A DNA stretch of 64,000 nucleotides from a virus. How positions within the stretch are numbered: position 1 is the stretch's first letter; each line of letters starts with the position of its first letter. Positions 46,939 to 56,326 of this stretch are shown here, piece by piece. Position numbers and translations under genes: made by a program. The DNA is taken from positions 35,462 through 99,461 of IMG/VR virus record IMGVR_UViG_3300005689_000056; one strand, given 5' to 3'. Under the pieces are notes generated by a model. The model was not told where the DNA came from. It made no database searches and was given only the letters and a program-made list of their open reading frames with translations.

Positions 46939-47932
46939 AGGTATCGGGGTTACGCCCTCTGAGGTTCGACTTAGCGAGCACTTTTTGCTGTCCGACTTCA
47001 TGGGATGTAACAGCGTGTACGTTAAGGGGCTCAAAAATCGGTTCGTAGACCCGACTGGGGGGTGTCTAGCGGAGGGGGAATACCTTTGCGACACCCTCCT
47101 AGAGCCTATTCTGGCTCACTTCGGGCCGCTTAGTATCAGCTACGGGTACATCTCGCCGGAGCTTAGCGAGCAGATTGTGGGGTATCAAGACCCTACAAAG
47201 CCCTCGTACCACCGCTGGGATAAGGGTGCAGCAGCCGATATTTGCCTACATTTGGGGGTAAAAAAGACCGCACCGGTCTATCTGGCGCACGAAATTGACG
47301 AAAATTTCGCCTATTCTAGGCTAATTTCGTACTCTGAGAGCCCTTTTTTGTGTGTTTCTACGCAAATTTCGGAGCAAAATAGGCCAAGAAAGGCGTTTTA
47401 CGAGAATCGGTACCAAGGAAAGCCAAAAGTTAAGCCTCTGTTCGTCAAAAAGAGCGCTAATCCAGTCACGCGCACTCAGCAAGGTAAAGACCTAGTACTG
47501 GAGCACGACTGGCGCGGCGCCGGGTATCCGACCCATCATGGCGGAGGTATTCTGCAGTGGCACCACCGTAGAGCCTCCGACTTCACCATGGTTTCGGACT
47601 TCCTGTACTCGGACGAGGCTGTTTGGCACGGTGTGCGTAACTTTCCCGGACGCGAGGTAGATCCGGGGTGGTTTGAGGCGGCAGGAGAGGTGTACGATAG
47701 CGCCCTACGGGCTCTCGGCGTACCGCGCCTTAGTATCGTCAAGGGTTTCGAGCGAGGAGCTACAGACATGTTTTCGTGGGCGGAGACTTTTGCTTTTGTG
47801 GTTATACCGCCCACGTATGTAGATCCGTCGGATGTGGCGGAAGCGTTCTTTATGGGTGGGGGTGTATCGGCCTGCAGCGTAGACAACACCAGTAGAAGAG
47901 TCACCGTAGTAGGTTCGTACGTAAGGGGGTAG
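46925..47932 (+). CDS. Peptidase M15-like protein (possible cell-wall hydrolase)
   Basis: LSEHFLLSDF, LLEPI..HFGPLSISYGY, SYH..GAAADI. Confidence 0.6.
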   Translation: MSRRRGIGVTPSEVRLSEHFLLSDFMGCNSVYVKGLKNRFVDPTGGCLAEGEYLCDTLLEPILAHFGPLSISYGYISPELSEQIVGYQDPTKPSYHRWDKGAAADICLHLGVKKTAPVYLAHEIDENFAYSRLISYSESPFLCVSTQISEQNRPRKAFYENRYQGKPKVKPLFVKKSANPVTRTQQGKDLVLEHDWRGAGYPTHHGGGILQWHHRRASDFTMVSDFLYSDEAVWHGVRNFPGREVDPGWFEAAGEVYDSALRALGVPRLSIVKGFERGATDMFSWAETFAFVVIPPTYVDPSDVAEAFFMGGGVSACSVDNTSRRVTVVGSYVRG

Positions 47933-47934
47933 GT

Positions 47935-48360
47935 ATGACGAAGCGCATTAAGGTACTAGGTAGGCGGGCGAAGCCTGTAGCATCAGTACAAAAGACTGAA
48001 CCGCAGGCCTCAGCGGGTATCCCGCGCCGCATGCTGGACTTTTCGTTGGATCACCATACAGGACCGTCTACGTACGATGCTGTACCGAACCTTGACGGTA
48101 GCTATTCTTACCATACTACAGACCGGCCTGCTAGTGCGCCGTACGACATGCGTATGGAGTATGATCACTTACATAGGCAGTACTTGTTTAGCATGACACT
48201 TAACGGCAGACGACTATCTGTAGCCATGGACTACCATCTCAGTAGAGTGTGGCGAGACGATAACCGGGAGATAGCACGGTATGTGGCCGTGATGTTCACA
48301 GATCAAATACGTAGTGAGATATCTGAGACAGTTGCTACGCTACTGGCTGGTATGACATGA
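47935..48360 (+). CDS. Hypothetical protein
   Basis: AAGGGGG RBS. Confidence 0.6.
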   Translation: MTKRIKVLGRRAKPVASVQKTEPQASAGIPRRMLDFSLDHHTGPSTYDAVPNLDGSYSYHTTDRPASAPYDMRMEYDHLHRQYLFSMTLNGRRLSVAMDYHLSRVWRDDNREIARYVAVMFTDQIRSEISETVATLLAGMT

Positions 48361-48743
48361 AACCCGTCCGCAGTAAAGAGCCGACCAGATGCGGCATCAG
48401 ACGGGCGAAGTCACCGCAAGAGCACCCGTTACTTGCTGGGGTAGTATGGGTCACGGCGCCGGGAGGCCGCAAGGCGGCTTATATCAGGTTCTCTGAGGAT
48501 CTTGTTGATGAGGTAGGTAACGCCTTACCGTACGGGGTATCTGCAGAGCACCCGGCATTTTTGAAATTGGTGCAGTATCCGTCTCGTGGGGTCTGGAGAC
48601 TCTACGCGATGTATCTAGATAGAAGTAGGTCCGCGTTCCTTTGGGAATACAACGAACAGCCATCTTGGCTTCTTAGTGGAGGTAGCGCAAATGCACGGAA
48701 GAGTTCGAAGGGTGAGGCCAGCAGCCCCGGTGGAGGAAGTTGA
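48357..48743 (+). CDS. Hypothetical protein
   Basis: ATGA coupling. Confidence 0.55.
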   Translation: MKPVRSKEPTRCGIRRAKSPQEHPLLAGVVWVTAPGGRKAAYIRFSEDLVDEVGNALPYGVSAEHPAFLKLVQYPSRGVWRLYAMYLDRSRSAFLWEYNEQPSWLLSGGSANARKSSKGEASSPGGGS

Positions 48744-49008
48744 AGAGGATGTAGTAGAGGAGTCACTACCTGAAGAAGAGGAAGACGAGGACGAACAGGC
48801 AGAGCCGGGCAGTGATGCGGACAAGGATCGTATCGAGAACAAGTACCGCGATAGGGCGGTTACCCCACTCAAAGCGATTCGAGGGTTCTGTGTACTTTGT
48901 ATGGGGTGCCAGCCAAAACTCGTAGCCTCGTGTACGGCAACCAAGTGCATCCTCTACCCTTACCGTTTCGGTAAGAACCCGTATCAGCGTCGCGGCCCCC
49001 GCGATTGA
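48691..49008 (+). CDS. Acidic zinc-finger-like protein with N-terminal GRVRRVRP
   Basis: GGAGGT RBS; PLKAIRGFCVLCMG..C..C.LYPYRFG. Confidence 0.7.
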   Translation: MHGRVRRVRPAAPVEEVEEDVVEESLPEEEEDEDEQAEPGSDADKDRIENKYRDRAVTPLKAIRGFCVLCMGCQPKLVASCTATKCILYPYRFGKNPYQRRGPRD

Positions 49009-49040
49009 TTTTGCAATCGATTTCAAACTGGAGAGCCAGA

Positions 49041-49715
49041 ATGGACAACAACGATGTAAGTTTTCAAGACCGGGTGTGGGGTTGGGTCTGCGAGTGCTTC
49101 GGTGCTCCAGTAGCATACAACGTACGTGAGCGGGAGCACAGGTTTATCGAGGAAGCTATCGAGTTGGTGCAGGCGTCAGGATGCTCGAAAGAGGATGTAC
49201 TGATGCTTGTGGATTACGTGTATGGTCGCCCGGCCGGCGATGTGGCTCAGGAGGTCGGCGGGGTGATGATTACCCTCAACGCACTATGTACGCGCCGGGG
49301 GGTAGATGTCAAAAAAGCGGCGATGGCAGAATACGAGCGTATTAACCGCCCCGACACTCTCGAGAAGATTAGACTGAAGCAGGCTACGAAGCCGAAGGAT
49401 TCCCCATTGCCGGAGGGTACAGGGGCGAAGGAGACCAACGAGCAAGGGTGGGCTTTCGTCTTCTATCGGCGTGACGACGGTACCGTAGTTGCGCTCTCTA
49501 CGGATGTGAACGAGGCACTGACTACGCTGTATGACCAGTACGGCGAAGGCAATGTGGCGGGGGTGGTAGCTAGTAATGACCCTCGAATCAGCCGGCTAGT
49601 GGTACGGTCTGGCGGGCATTGGCACTTCTTTGCGGAGAAGGTGCGGGAGATGTACCGTATCGGTGCATCGCTGGGGGCACTACCGCATGCGGAGGGGAAC
49701 AGACGTGGCTACTGA
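49041..49715 (+). CDS. MazG-like nucleotide pyrophosphohydrolase domain protein
   Basis: RFIEEAIELVQA..QEVGGV all-alpha pattern. Confidence 0.55.
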   Translation: MDNNDVSFQDRVWGWVCECFGAPVAYNVREREHRFIEEAIELVQASGCSKEDVLMLVDYVYGRPAGDVAQEVGGVMITLNALCTRRGVDVKKAAMAEYERINRPDTLEKIRLKQATKPKDSPLPEGTGAKETNEQGWAFVFYRRDDGTVVALSTDVNEALTTLYDQYGEGNVAGVVASNDPRISRLVVRSGGHWHFFAEKVREMYRIGASLGALPHAEGNRRGY

Positions 49716-50142
49716 TTTCAAGCGCACCGTACGGTATGTTGTTTTTAAACTCAGCGACATGGACAAGTACTTGACTGAGTATGCTCGGTCGCAGATTTAC
49801 AAGTACGGTCGTGAGCTAGCGTCGGCTAGGCGGTTTGACTGCAGGCCACCGCTTAACGCGGTAGTAGTCGAGCAGGATTGGCCGGAGTTCGATGTGGTAT
49901 GGGCGCTTATCGAGGCCCGCGTTCGTCGTGAAGCAGGGCCGGAGCCAGACGGCAAGCCACGGCCAGAATTATTGGCTTTGGCGAAGGCAGCGGGGGCACG
50001 CATCACGGGTACCCCAGACGGGCGGGAGCCTGTCGAGGTCGTATTCTCTACTAACGCGTGGAGGGCTTTTGACTCATTACTACTGAACGGCGCCGGCACC
50101 CAGCCCGGGTGTACCGGCCACAAAGATATTGTGGAGAACTGA
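49705..50142 (+). CDS. Hypothetical protein
   Basis: GGAGGGG RBS; RYVVFKLSD..AVVVEQDWPEF. Confidence 0.65.
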   Translation: MATDFKRTVRYVVFKLSDMDKYLTEYARSQIYKYGRELASARRFDCRPPLNAVVVEQDWPEFDVVWALIEARVRREAGPEPDGKPRPELLALAKAAGARITGTPDGREPVEVVFSTNAWRAFDSLLLNGAGTQPGCTGHKDIVEN

Positions 50143-50307
50143 ATGACAGACGAACAGCACCGAGAGTTTGAAGCCGTAACGCGTCCGGTGATCGAATGGC
50201 TGAACGCAAACGGAAACCCTAACATGGTGATCGTGATCGCCCCGGCTACCGCCGTGTTGTACGGCGGAGAGATTGCGTACGTGACTGACGACTACCTTCG
50301 CGACTGA
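50143..50307 (+). CDS. Small hypothetical protein
   Basis: GGAG RBS; MTDEQHREFEAVTRPVIEWL; below the ORF-track cutoff. Confidence 0.6.
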   Translation: MTDEQHREFEAVTRPVIEWLNANGNPNMVIVIAPATAVLYGGEIAYVTDDYLRD

Positions 50308-50680
50308 CGTACGGTATAGCGTCAGAGATTAGTGGGTGGGCGCAGCGGAGGCCCGCTGCGCCTTAGATCCGGAAGGCTGATTAGTAGAGGTATGTATGAA
50401 GATTGGAGCACTGATGTTATTTCAGCGGATGCACTGCAACGGCACGCCGAGCAGCAGCATCGTGGTAGCTTCATGGCATTGGAAGTGGTCTTTGACGTGG
50501 CGGTGGCACCTTGCGTGGTCGCCCGGAATTCCCGGGTGTCGGGGCGCACACTTCATGCGGACACATAGAAGTCAAGGATTCAACTTTCACGCAGGTGTAG
50601 ACGTTCCTTTACTCGGTAGGTTATCGCTGCAGACGCAACCAAACATGCCGACTCGCGGAGTTCATCAGGAGAGGTAGTAT

Positions 50681-50866
50681 ATGTGTTTCAGCGGATATAT
50701 CTTGGTACTGGTACTAGCTACCAGTTCCTCGGCCTACTCTGGGGCCACTACGGTTCAGGCCGAATTCGAGACCGAGCAACGTTGTATGGCTGCGGGTACT
50801 GCGATTAATGAAAACGCGCACAAGCGTGGTAGCCACGTACTGACTTGGGGCTGCTTCAAGCGCTAA
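50681..50866 (+). CDS. Small secreted-type protein
   Basis: GAGGT RBS; hydrophobic N-terminus and Cys pair. Confidence 0.55.
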   Translation: MCFSGYILVLVLATSSSAYSGATTVQAEFETEQRCMAAGTAINENAHKRGSHVLTWGCFKR

Positions 50867-50881
50867 CATACGGTGGTATAT

Positions 50882-51259
50882 ATGGAATTCAAGATCACGG
50901 AAGACAAGGTTAATCGCATGCTGGAGAATAGCCTCCGGAAAGCTATCAGCGAGTACCTAGTAGGTGGGTACGGAATCAACGCTACCTTACGTAAAATGGT
51001 AGACGCGACTATTAAGAGGCAGGAGGCTGTCATAGCGGAGGCGATAGAGGATGCAGTCGCCAGAGCCGTAGTGTCGCCGGGGTTTTTGCAGACCGTCGAG
51101 AAAGAGATCGCTACTGCCATGGCTAATGTGTATCGCGGTTCGTTTGACGCAGTGGTCAAGGCCGCTGCTAAGCAGGCCGCTAATAACGAGGTTGTTGCCC
51201 GTCGCGTCGCGGAGCTTACGAGACAGGCAGCAGGGATACCAAACGATCCCGGCGTCTAG
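50882..51259 (+). CDS. Hypothetical helical protein
   Basis: GGTGG RBS; terminator follows. Confidence 0.6.
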   Translation: MEFKITEDKVNRMLENSLRKAISEYLVGGYGINATLRKMVDATIKRQEAVIAEAIEDAVARAVVSPGFLQTVEKEIATAMANVYRGSFDAVVKAAAKQAANNEVVARRVAELTRQAAGIPNDPGV

Positions 51260-51285
51260 CCTAGTTTGCAATCGATTGCACACAG

Positions 51286-51313
51286 AACCCGCGCCAGTCG
51301 CGGGTTTTATTTT
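51286..51313 (+). terminator. Intrinsic terminator
   Basis: AACCCGCG-CCAGT-CGCGGGTT-TTATTTT. Confidence 0.75.
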
Positions 51314-51393
51314 ATCTACATGCCGAGTCTGTTGCCTTTTTACCACAAAGCCCCTATATTCTTTCCGGCAAACAACCATAAAGGTGCACGGAA

Positions 51394-51750
51394 ATGGATA
51401 CGGTCAAAACGTACTGCGCAAAAGTCGAGGAGGTTCATTCCGCCGACGACTATATTCTCTTGGTTAACCTTGGTGTAGATGGCCTATTCAAGCGCGTTCG
51501 CGTACGTCTGGCCGGCGTTGACACCCCCAATGCCTACAAGGCTTCTGCCGATACCGAGGCGGGCAAGGTCAGAGATGAGTGTAAGAAAATTCTTTCGAAC
51601 CGCTGCCGGATTGAAGTAGTCTCGGAGGGTAAGGGCGGCTGGATTGTGCGTATGTACACGCATGAGACAGACACCGAAGTCATCTGCATTAACGATCTGC
51701 TGTGTAGTCGCGGATACGTATACAAGGCACCGTCCGGGGTGGCCCAGTGA
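51394..51750 (+). CDS. Thermonuclease (SNase)-like protein
   Basis: VEEVHSADD..RVRLAGVDTP..INDLL; catalytic motif looks divergent. Confidence 0.65.
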   Translation: MDTVKTYCAKVEEVHSADDYILLVNLGVDGLFKRVRVRLAGVDTPNAYKASADTEAGKVRDECKKILSNRCRIEVVSEGKGGWIVRMYTHETDTEVICINDLLCSRGYVYKAPSGVAQ

Positions 51751-53339
51751 GTACACATACCAAACACATCAAGCGCGTGCGTCGCAGTGGTGATGAAGGC
51801 AACGTTACTGCACGTGTCCGTCGCATCCGTATCGGTGTAAACCGCGCCGACCGCACACGCCAGAAAAGTAAAGATGACGGCCTGCTGCTGTCTGGCGGAG
51901 ACTACCCGCTTACGCCTCCGTACGAGATATCAAGACTGTCTCAGCTTATCGAGACCAGTAACATGCTCAAGCAGTGCGTCGCGGCGATGGTAACGAACGT
52001 GGGTCTTTGCGGGTGGGAGGTGGTACCTGCACATCCGGATATCCCGATGGACCCGAACGAGAAAGAGGAGCTTGAGTCGTTCGTGGAAAGCCCGAACTCT
52101 GAAGAGAGTCTGACAACCATCCACGCCAAGATCGTCAACGACAAAGAATCTCTCGGCTTTGGGTTCCTTGAGGTGATCAGAGACACGCAGCGTCGTGTAT
52201 CTATCCTTCGTCATGCCCCCGCAGAGACGACGCGCTTGTGCCCGAAGGACACCGAAGAGGTACTTGTCGAGTACGACGTGGCGCGCGGGCCTCGTGTTTC
52301 GATGGTCCGGGAGGTTCGCACTTTCCGCAAATACGTTCAGGTCGTAGGTGGTACCTATACCTACTTCAAGGAGTTCGGTGACCCCCGCAAGATGGACTAT
52401 CGCACAGGTCGGTTTGCCAAGCGCGGGTCGCCTGTGGCGCCCGAGTACGAAGCTACCGAGCTTATCCATTACCGCCACCTGTCCCCTGACGCGTACGGCG
52501 TACCGCGATGGACGAACCAGATCCCGGCTATCCTAGGCTCTCGCGAGGCTGAAGAGGTCAACCTGCGGTATTTCGAGGACAATACGGTACCGCCCATGCT
52601 GCTATCCGTGGCGGGTGGCCGTCTTACTGCAGAGTCCTTCCGGTCACTGAAGCGTCTGATCGAAGGCCGGGGTGTGGGTAAAGAGCGACAGAACCAGATT
52701 CTACTTATCGAGGCTATCCCTGAACAGGAAAACCTTGACAGCAAGGGTACTGTGTCATTGCAGGTAGATAAACTGACGGACGCCAGACCCTCAGATGCGC
52801 TATTCAGTGCGTACGATGAGGCGAATCAGGCCAAGATTCGGTCTTCTTTCCGTCTCCCCCCGGTCGCTGTAGGGCTCTCGCAGGACGTGACATTTGCTAC
52901 AGCCAACGTATCCACCTTCGTAGCAGAGTCGCAGGTGTATGCCCCTGAGCGGAAGGACTACGACGAAAAATACAACAAGATGATCGTCAATAACCGTAAT
53001 GGGCTCAACCTCAAGACTGTCAAGCTGAAGAGCAAGAACCCGTCGATCACTAACCCTGAGATTCTTCTGAAGGCACTCACTGCCCTGAACGTAATGGGTG
53101 GCTTGACTCCGCGATCAGCACAGATTGCTGCAACCGCAGCGCTCAACACGGATATCGAACGGTACCCCGAGCCGGGAGAGGAAGGCTACGAAGAGTGGAT
53201 GGACAAACCTATCGCCCTCACATTGCGCAATACCACGGCCAATACGCACAATGAGCAGTCGGTGAAAGATGACGAGGTGAAGAAGATCGAGGACGATGGT
53301 GACGTGGGCGCTATACAGCCTGAGCACGGGTCGGAGTAA
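51747..53339 (+). CDS. Portal protein (PBSX XkdE-like)
   Basis: GFGFLEVIRD, YGVPRW, N.RYFEDNTVP, IRSSFRLPP; first gene of the head module. Confidence 0.88.
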   Translation: MSTHTKHIKRVRRSGDEGNVTARVRRIRIGVNRADRTRQKSKDDGLLLSGGDYPLTPPYEISRLSQLIETSNMLKQCVAAMVTNVGLCGWEVVPAHPDIPMDPNEKEELESFVESPNSEESLTTIHAKIVNDKESLGFGFLEVIRDTQRRVSILRHAPAETTRLCPKDTEEVLVEYDVARGPRVSMVREVRTFRKYVQVVGGTYTYFKEFGDPRKMDYRTGRFAKRGSPVAPEYEATELIHYRHLSPDAYGVPRWTNQIPAILGSREAEEVNLRYFEDNTVPPMLLSVAGGRLTAESFRSLKRLIEGRGVGKERQNQILLIEAIPEQENLDSKGTVSLQVDKLTDARPSDALFSAYDEANQAKIRSSFRLPPVAVGLSQDVTFATANVSTFVAESQVYAPERKDYDEKYNKMIVNNRNGLNLKTVKLKSKNPSITNPEILLKALTALNVMGGLTPRSAQIAATAALNTDIERYPEPGEEGYEEWMDKPIALTLRNTTANTHNEQSVKDDEVKKIEDDGDVGAIQPEHGSE

Positions 53340-53344
53340 GAAAC

Positions 53345-53938
53345 ATGCAATCGATTGCAAATTCCAAACTCAAGCGCAGGTCCGACAAGCAGTGGGACCG
53401 CATCGTGATGGCCGAAGTGTTGATCCCCGGCACCCCTAACGTGTTCGGCGATCTATGGACTGAGGAAGGTATCCAAGACGCTGTGCAGAAATACATGGTG
53501 CTTGGGTACATCATCGACGTAGAGCACGACATGGTGGATGTGACAGGTAAAGCCCACGTTGTCGAGTCGTTCATTGCGCGTGAGGGGGACACCACATTCA
53601 TTCCCGGCTCTTGGGTCATCGGTATGTATATCCCGGACGATGATCTCTGGGACAAGGTACTATCGGGGGAGATTAATGGTTTCTCGTTCGAGGCCGTCGT
53701 ATCTATGTTGGAGGGCGTGCTAGTATATGAGGACGACAACTTTCGAACCGGATACACTGAGCCAGACCCGTATGACGGGCATCGCCATCCCTTCGCCGTA
53801 TGGGTGGATGACGATAACCGACCGACAGCGGGAGGTACGGAAGAAGTTGACGGTCATTCACACACCATTACTACCCACTCTGTGACCGATGAGGCCGAAG
53901 GTCACACCCACCGATTCACCATACTGCAGGAGGTGTAA
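53345..53938 (+). CDS. Prohead protease (XkdF-like) with His-rich tail
   Basis: IDVEHD, VVESFIA, GSWVIG, GEINGFS; three GHxH repeats. Confidence 0.82.
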   Translation: MQSIANSKLKRRSDKQWDRIVMAEVLIPGTPNVFGDLWTEEGIQDAVQKYMVLGYIIDVEHDMVDVTGKAHVVESFIAREGDTTFIPGSWVIGMYIPDDDLWDKVLSGEINGFSFEAVVSMLEGVLVYEDDNFRTGYTEPDPYDGHRHPFAVWVDDDNRPTAGGTEEVDGHSHTITTHSVTDEAEGHTHRFTILQEV

Positions 53939-53941
53939 AGC

Positions 53942-55294
53942 ATGAGTACCGAAAAGAAACGCAACGTCAACGTACTGACCATGGATACTCCGAAATCACT
54001 TACGTTGACGAAGCACCCAGCCAATCAGATTGGTTTTCGCGTGGTCCGCAGCGATACCGGGGAAGAGACGATTGCCCGCCGCGTTCGCCGCGCCCGTTCC
54101 GACCAGAAAACCTCCTTCCTCTATATCGAGTTCCCCGCCGGCACCGCGCCTGAAGATGCCGCCAAAGAGGCCGAAGCGTTTGGCGTCAAGGGTTACGAGG
54201 TGATCGCCGAGGACGACCGCGTTATCGTGCGCCGTAGTGACTACGTTCTCAGCGATGCGCCGACCGTTTCGGTCAACATCGGCGGTGGGCGCAAGGTCGT
54301 TATGCTGCGTTCGGATATCAATGCCGACCCGGCACCAGACAGCGGTTTGCAATTGATTGCACTCAGCTTCGATAAGAGTGTGTATCGCTCCGACGACGAG
54401 GTTTCTCAGTACCTCCAAGACAAAGGTATTGACACGTCAGCCGGCGCCGTCGAGAATACCGACACGCACTACATTTTCCGGCGCAGTGATGTGAAAGCGG
54501 AAGGTACTGCCGGGAAGATCGAGGTTGATTCTGGTGTAACGGTTTCTGTGGTTCGCGCCGACATCATGGATGTCCCCGAACCTCTTCTGGTGGTGGTGAA
54601 CGAGGCGGCATACGGTAGCTGGGGTTGGGGGCAGTTGGACTTCAGTGCAGCCATGGCCGATGTTGAGTTCTCTCGGATGTCGGACGAGGCAATCTACCGC
54701 CTTCGTGACGTACTGGAAAACATTCTCTTCTACAACCGTCTTCCGGTAGCTGCGCGTAAGGAGCTTATCGCTCGCGCTACCAGTCAATTTTCCAGCTTCA
54801 TCGGTAGCCTGCTTGATGGGTTGCCGGAAGGTGTGGTTTTAGCGAGTCGTTCTGACAATCAAAAGGAGTCACAGATGAGTACCAAGAAAACTGAAGGCGA
54901 GGCCCAGACGATCACCCGCGCCGATGTCGAAACCATCGTTGCCGAGTCGTTGTCCAAGGCACTGCCGGATGCGCTGACGAAAGCGCTGGAAGGCGCGAAC
55001 ATCACCCGTTCGGAACCCACCCCCGAGCCCACCCCGGAAGATCCCGTTTTGAAGTCGCTGGAGAACATCACCCGCTCCCTCGGTGAACTCTCTACCTCGG
55101 TTACCGCCGTCAGCGACCGTGTTGGCAAGATCGAATCGACTACCGTTGTCCGCTCCGATTCGCCGGATGACGAAGATGACGACGATGACGATGCTGAGGG
55201 TGACGACAACGAAGCCACCAACAAGACCCGGAACAAGACCGCCAAGCGTACCGATGTGTTTGCCGGCATCTTCAGCCGCAATCTGCGCGCCTGA
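53942..55294 (+). CDS. Scaffold or protease-associated head protein
   Basis: Between protease and capsid; acidic and helical C-terminus. Confidence 0.7.
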   Translation: MSTEKKRNVNVLTMDTPKSLTLTKHPANQIGFRVVRSDTGEETIARRVRRARSDQKTSFLYIEFPAGTAPEDAAKEAEAFGVKGYEVIAEDDRVIVRRSDYVLSDAPTVSVNIGGGRKVVMLRSDINADPAPDSGLQLIALSFDKSVYRSDDEVSQYLQDKGIDTSAGAVENTDTHYIFRRSDVKAEGTAGKIEVDSGVTVSVVRADIMDVPEPLLVVVNEAAYGSWGWGQLDFSAAMADVEFSRMSDEAIYRLRDVLENILFYNRLPVAARKELIARATSQFSSFIGSLLDGLPEGVVLASRSDNQKESQMSTKKTEGEAQTITRADVETIVAESLSKALPDALTKALEGANITRSEPTPEPTPEDPVLKSLENITRSLGELSTSVTAVSDRVGKIESTTVVRSDSPDDEDDDDDDAEGDDNEATNKTRNKTAKRTDVFAGIFSRNLRA

Positions 55295-55323
55295 TCACCA
55301 CACCACCTTTACGAGGAGTAGCC

Positions 55324-56271
55324 ATGACCACACGTAACAAAACCCTCCTGCAGCGTGCCGATATCGCACTGTCGGACCTCGCAGCCAACGGCGGTTTGCT
55401 GGATGCTGAGCAGGCGAATGCCTTCATCGACATGGTGATGGAGCAGCCCACCATCCTGCGCCGTGTTCGCACCATCCGTATGACCGCCCCGCGCCGCAAG
55501 ATCAATCGTATCGGCTTCGCCAGCCGTATTCTGCGTGCCGCCCGCCAGACCGGGGGCGAGAACGACGACGGTACCAACGACCGCTACCTGCTGGCTTCGG
55601 AGCGCTCCAAGCCGACCACCTCGCAGTTTGAGATCAACACCGAGGAAGTCATCGCCGAGATCCGGCTGCCTTACGAACTGTTCGAGGACAACATCGAAGG
55701 CGACTCGCTGGAGTCGCACATCATGCGCCTGATCGCCGAACGCGCGGCAATCGATCTGGAAGAACTCGCACTGGCTGCTGACACCACCTCCGGCGACTCC
55801 TTCCTCGCCCTGCACGATGGCTACCTCAAGCGCATGAGCGTCAATGTGGTGGACAACCTGAGCGCAGGCATCACCCCGGCTCTGTTCAAGAACGGTATGC
55901 TCGCGATGCCGCAGAAGTACCTGCGCAATCTGTCCCAGATGTCGCATGTCATTTCTGTCGCCAACACGATCAAGTATCGCGACGTTGTTGCGCAGCGCGC
56001 CACCGGCTACGGCGACGCAATGCTGACCTCGCAACAAGCGATCAACGCCTACGGTGTGCCGGTCGATGCGGCACCGATGCTGGCCGCTGTCGGTAGCGGC
56101 AATCAGGGCTTCTTCACCTTCCTGCAGAACTTGGTGTTCGGTATCCAGCGCGACATTCGTGTCGAGGTTGACCGTGATATCCGCTCGCGTGAGTTCATCG
56201 TCGTGCTGACCGCACGTGTGGCCTTGGGCGTGGAAGACCCCGACGCTGCCGTGAAGTACGTCAACATCTGA
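55324..56271 (+). CDS. Major capsid protein (HK97 fold, XkdG-like)
   Basis: GAGGAG RBS; GGLLDAEQANAFI, EDNIEG, LHDGYLK; strong codon bias. Confidence 0.92.
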   Translation: MTTRNKTLLQRADIALSDLAANGGLLDAEQANAFIDMVMEQPTILRRVRTIRMTAPRRKINRIGFASRILRAARQTGGENDDGTNDRYLLASERSKPTTSQFEINTEEVIAEIRLPYELFEDNIEGDSLESHIMRLIAERAAIDLEELALAADTTSGDSFLALHDGYLKRMSVNVVDNLSAGITPALFKNGMLAMPQKYLRNLSQMSHVISVANTIKYRDVVAQRATGYGDAMLTSQQAINAYGVPVDAAPMLAAVGSGNQGFFTFLQNLVFGIQRDIRVEVDRDIRSREFIVVLTARVALGVEDPDAAVKYVNI

Positions 56272-56286
56272 TCGTTGATCTTTCAC

Positions 56287-56307
56287 AGGGGGCTTAGGCC
56301 CCCTTCT
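56287..56307 (+). terminator. Hairpin after capsid gene (weak terminator or stabiliser)
   Basis: AGGGGGC-TTAG-GCCCCCT with a poor U tract. Confidence 0.5.
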
Positions 56308-56326
56308 GTCTTCTGGAGGTTGTACC

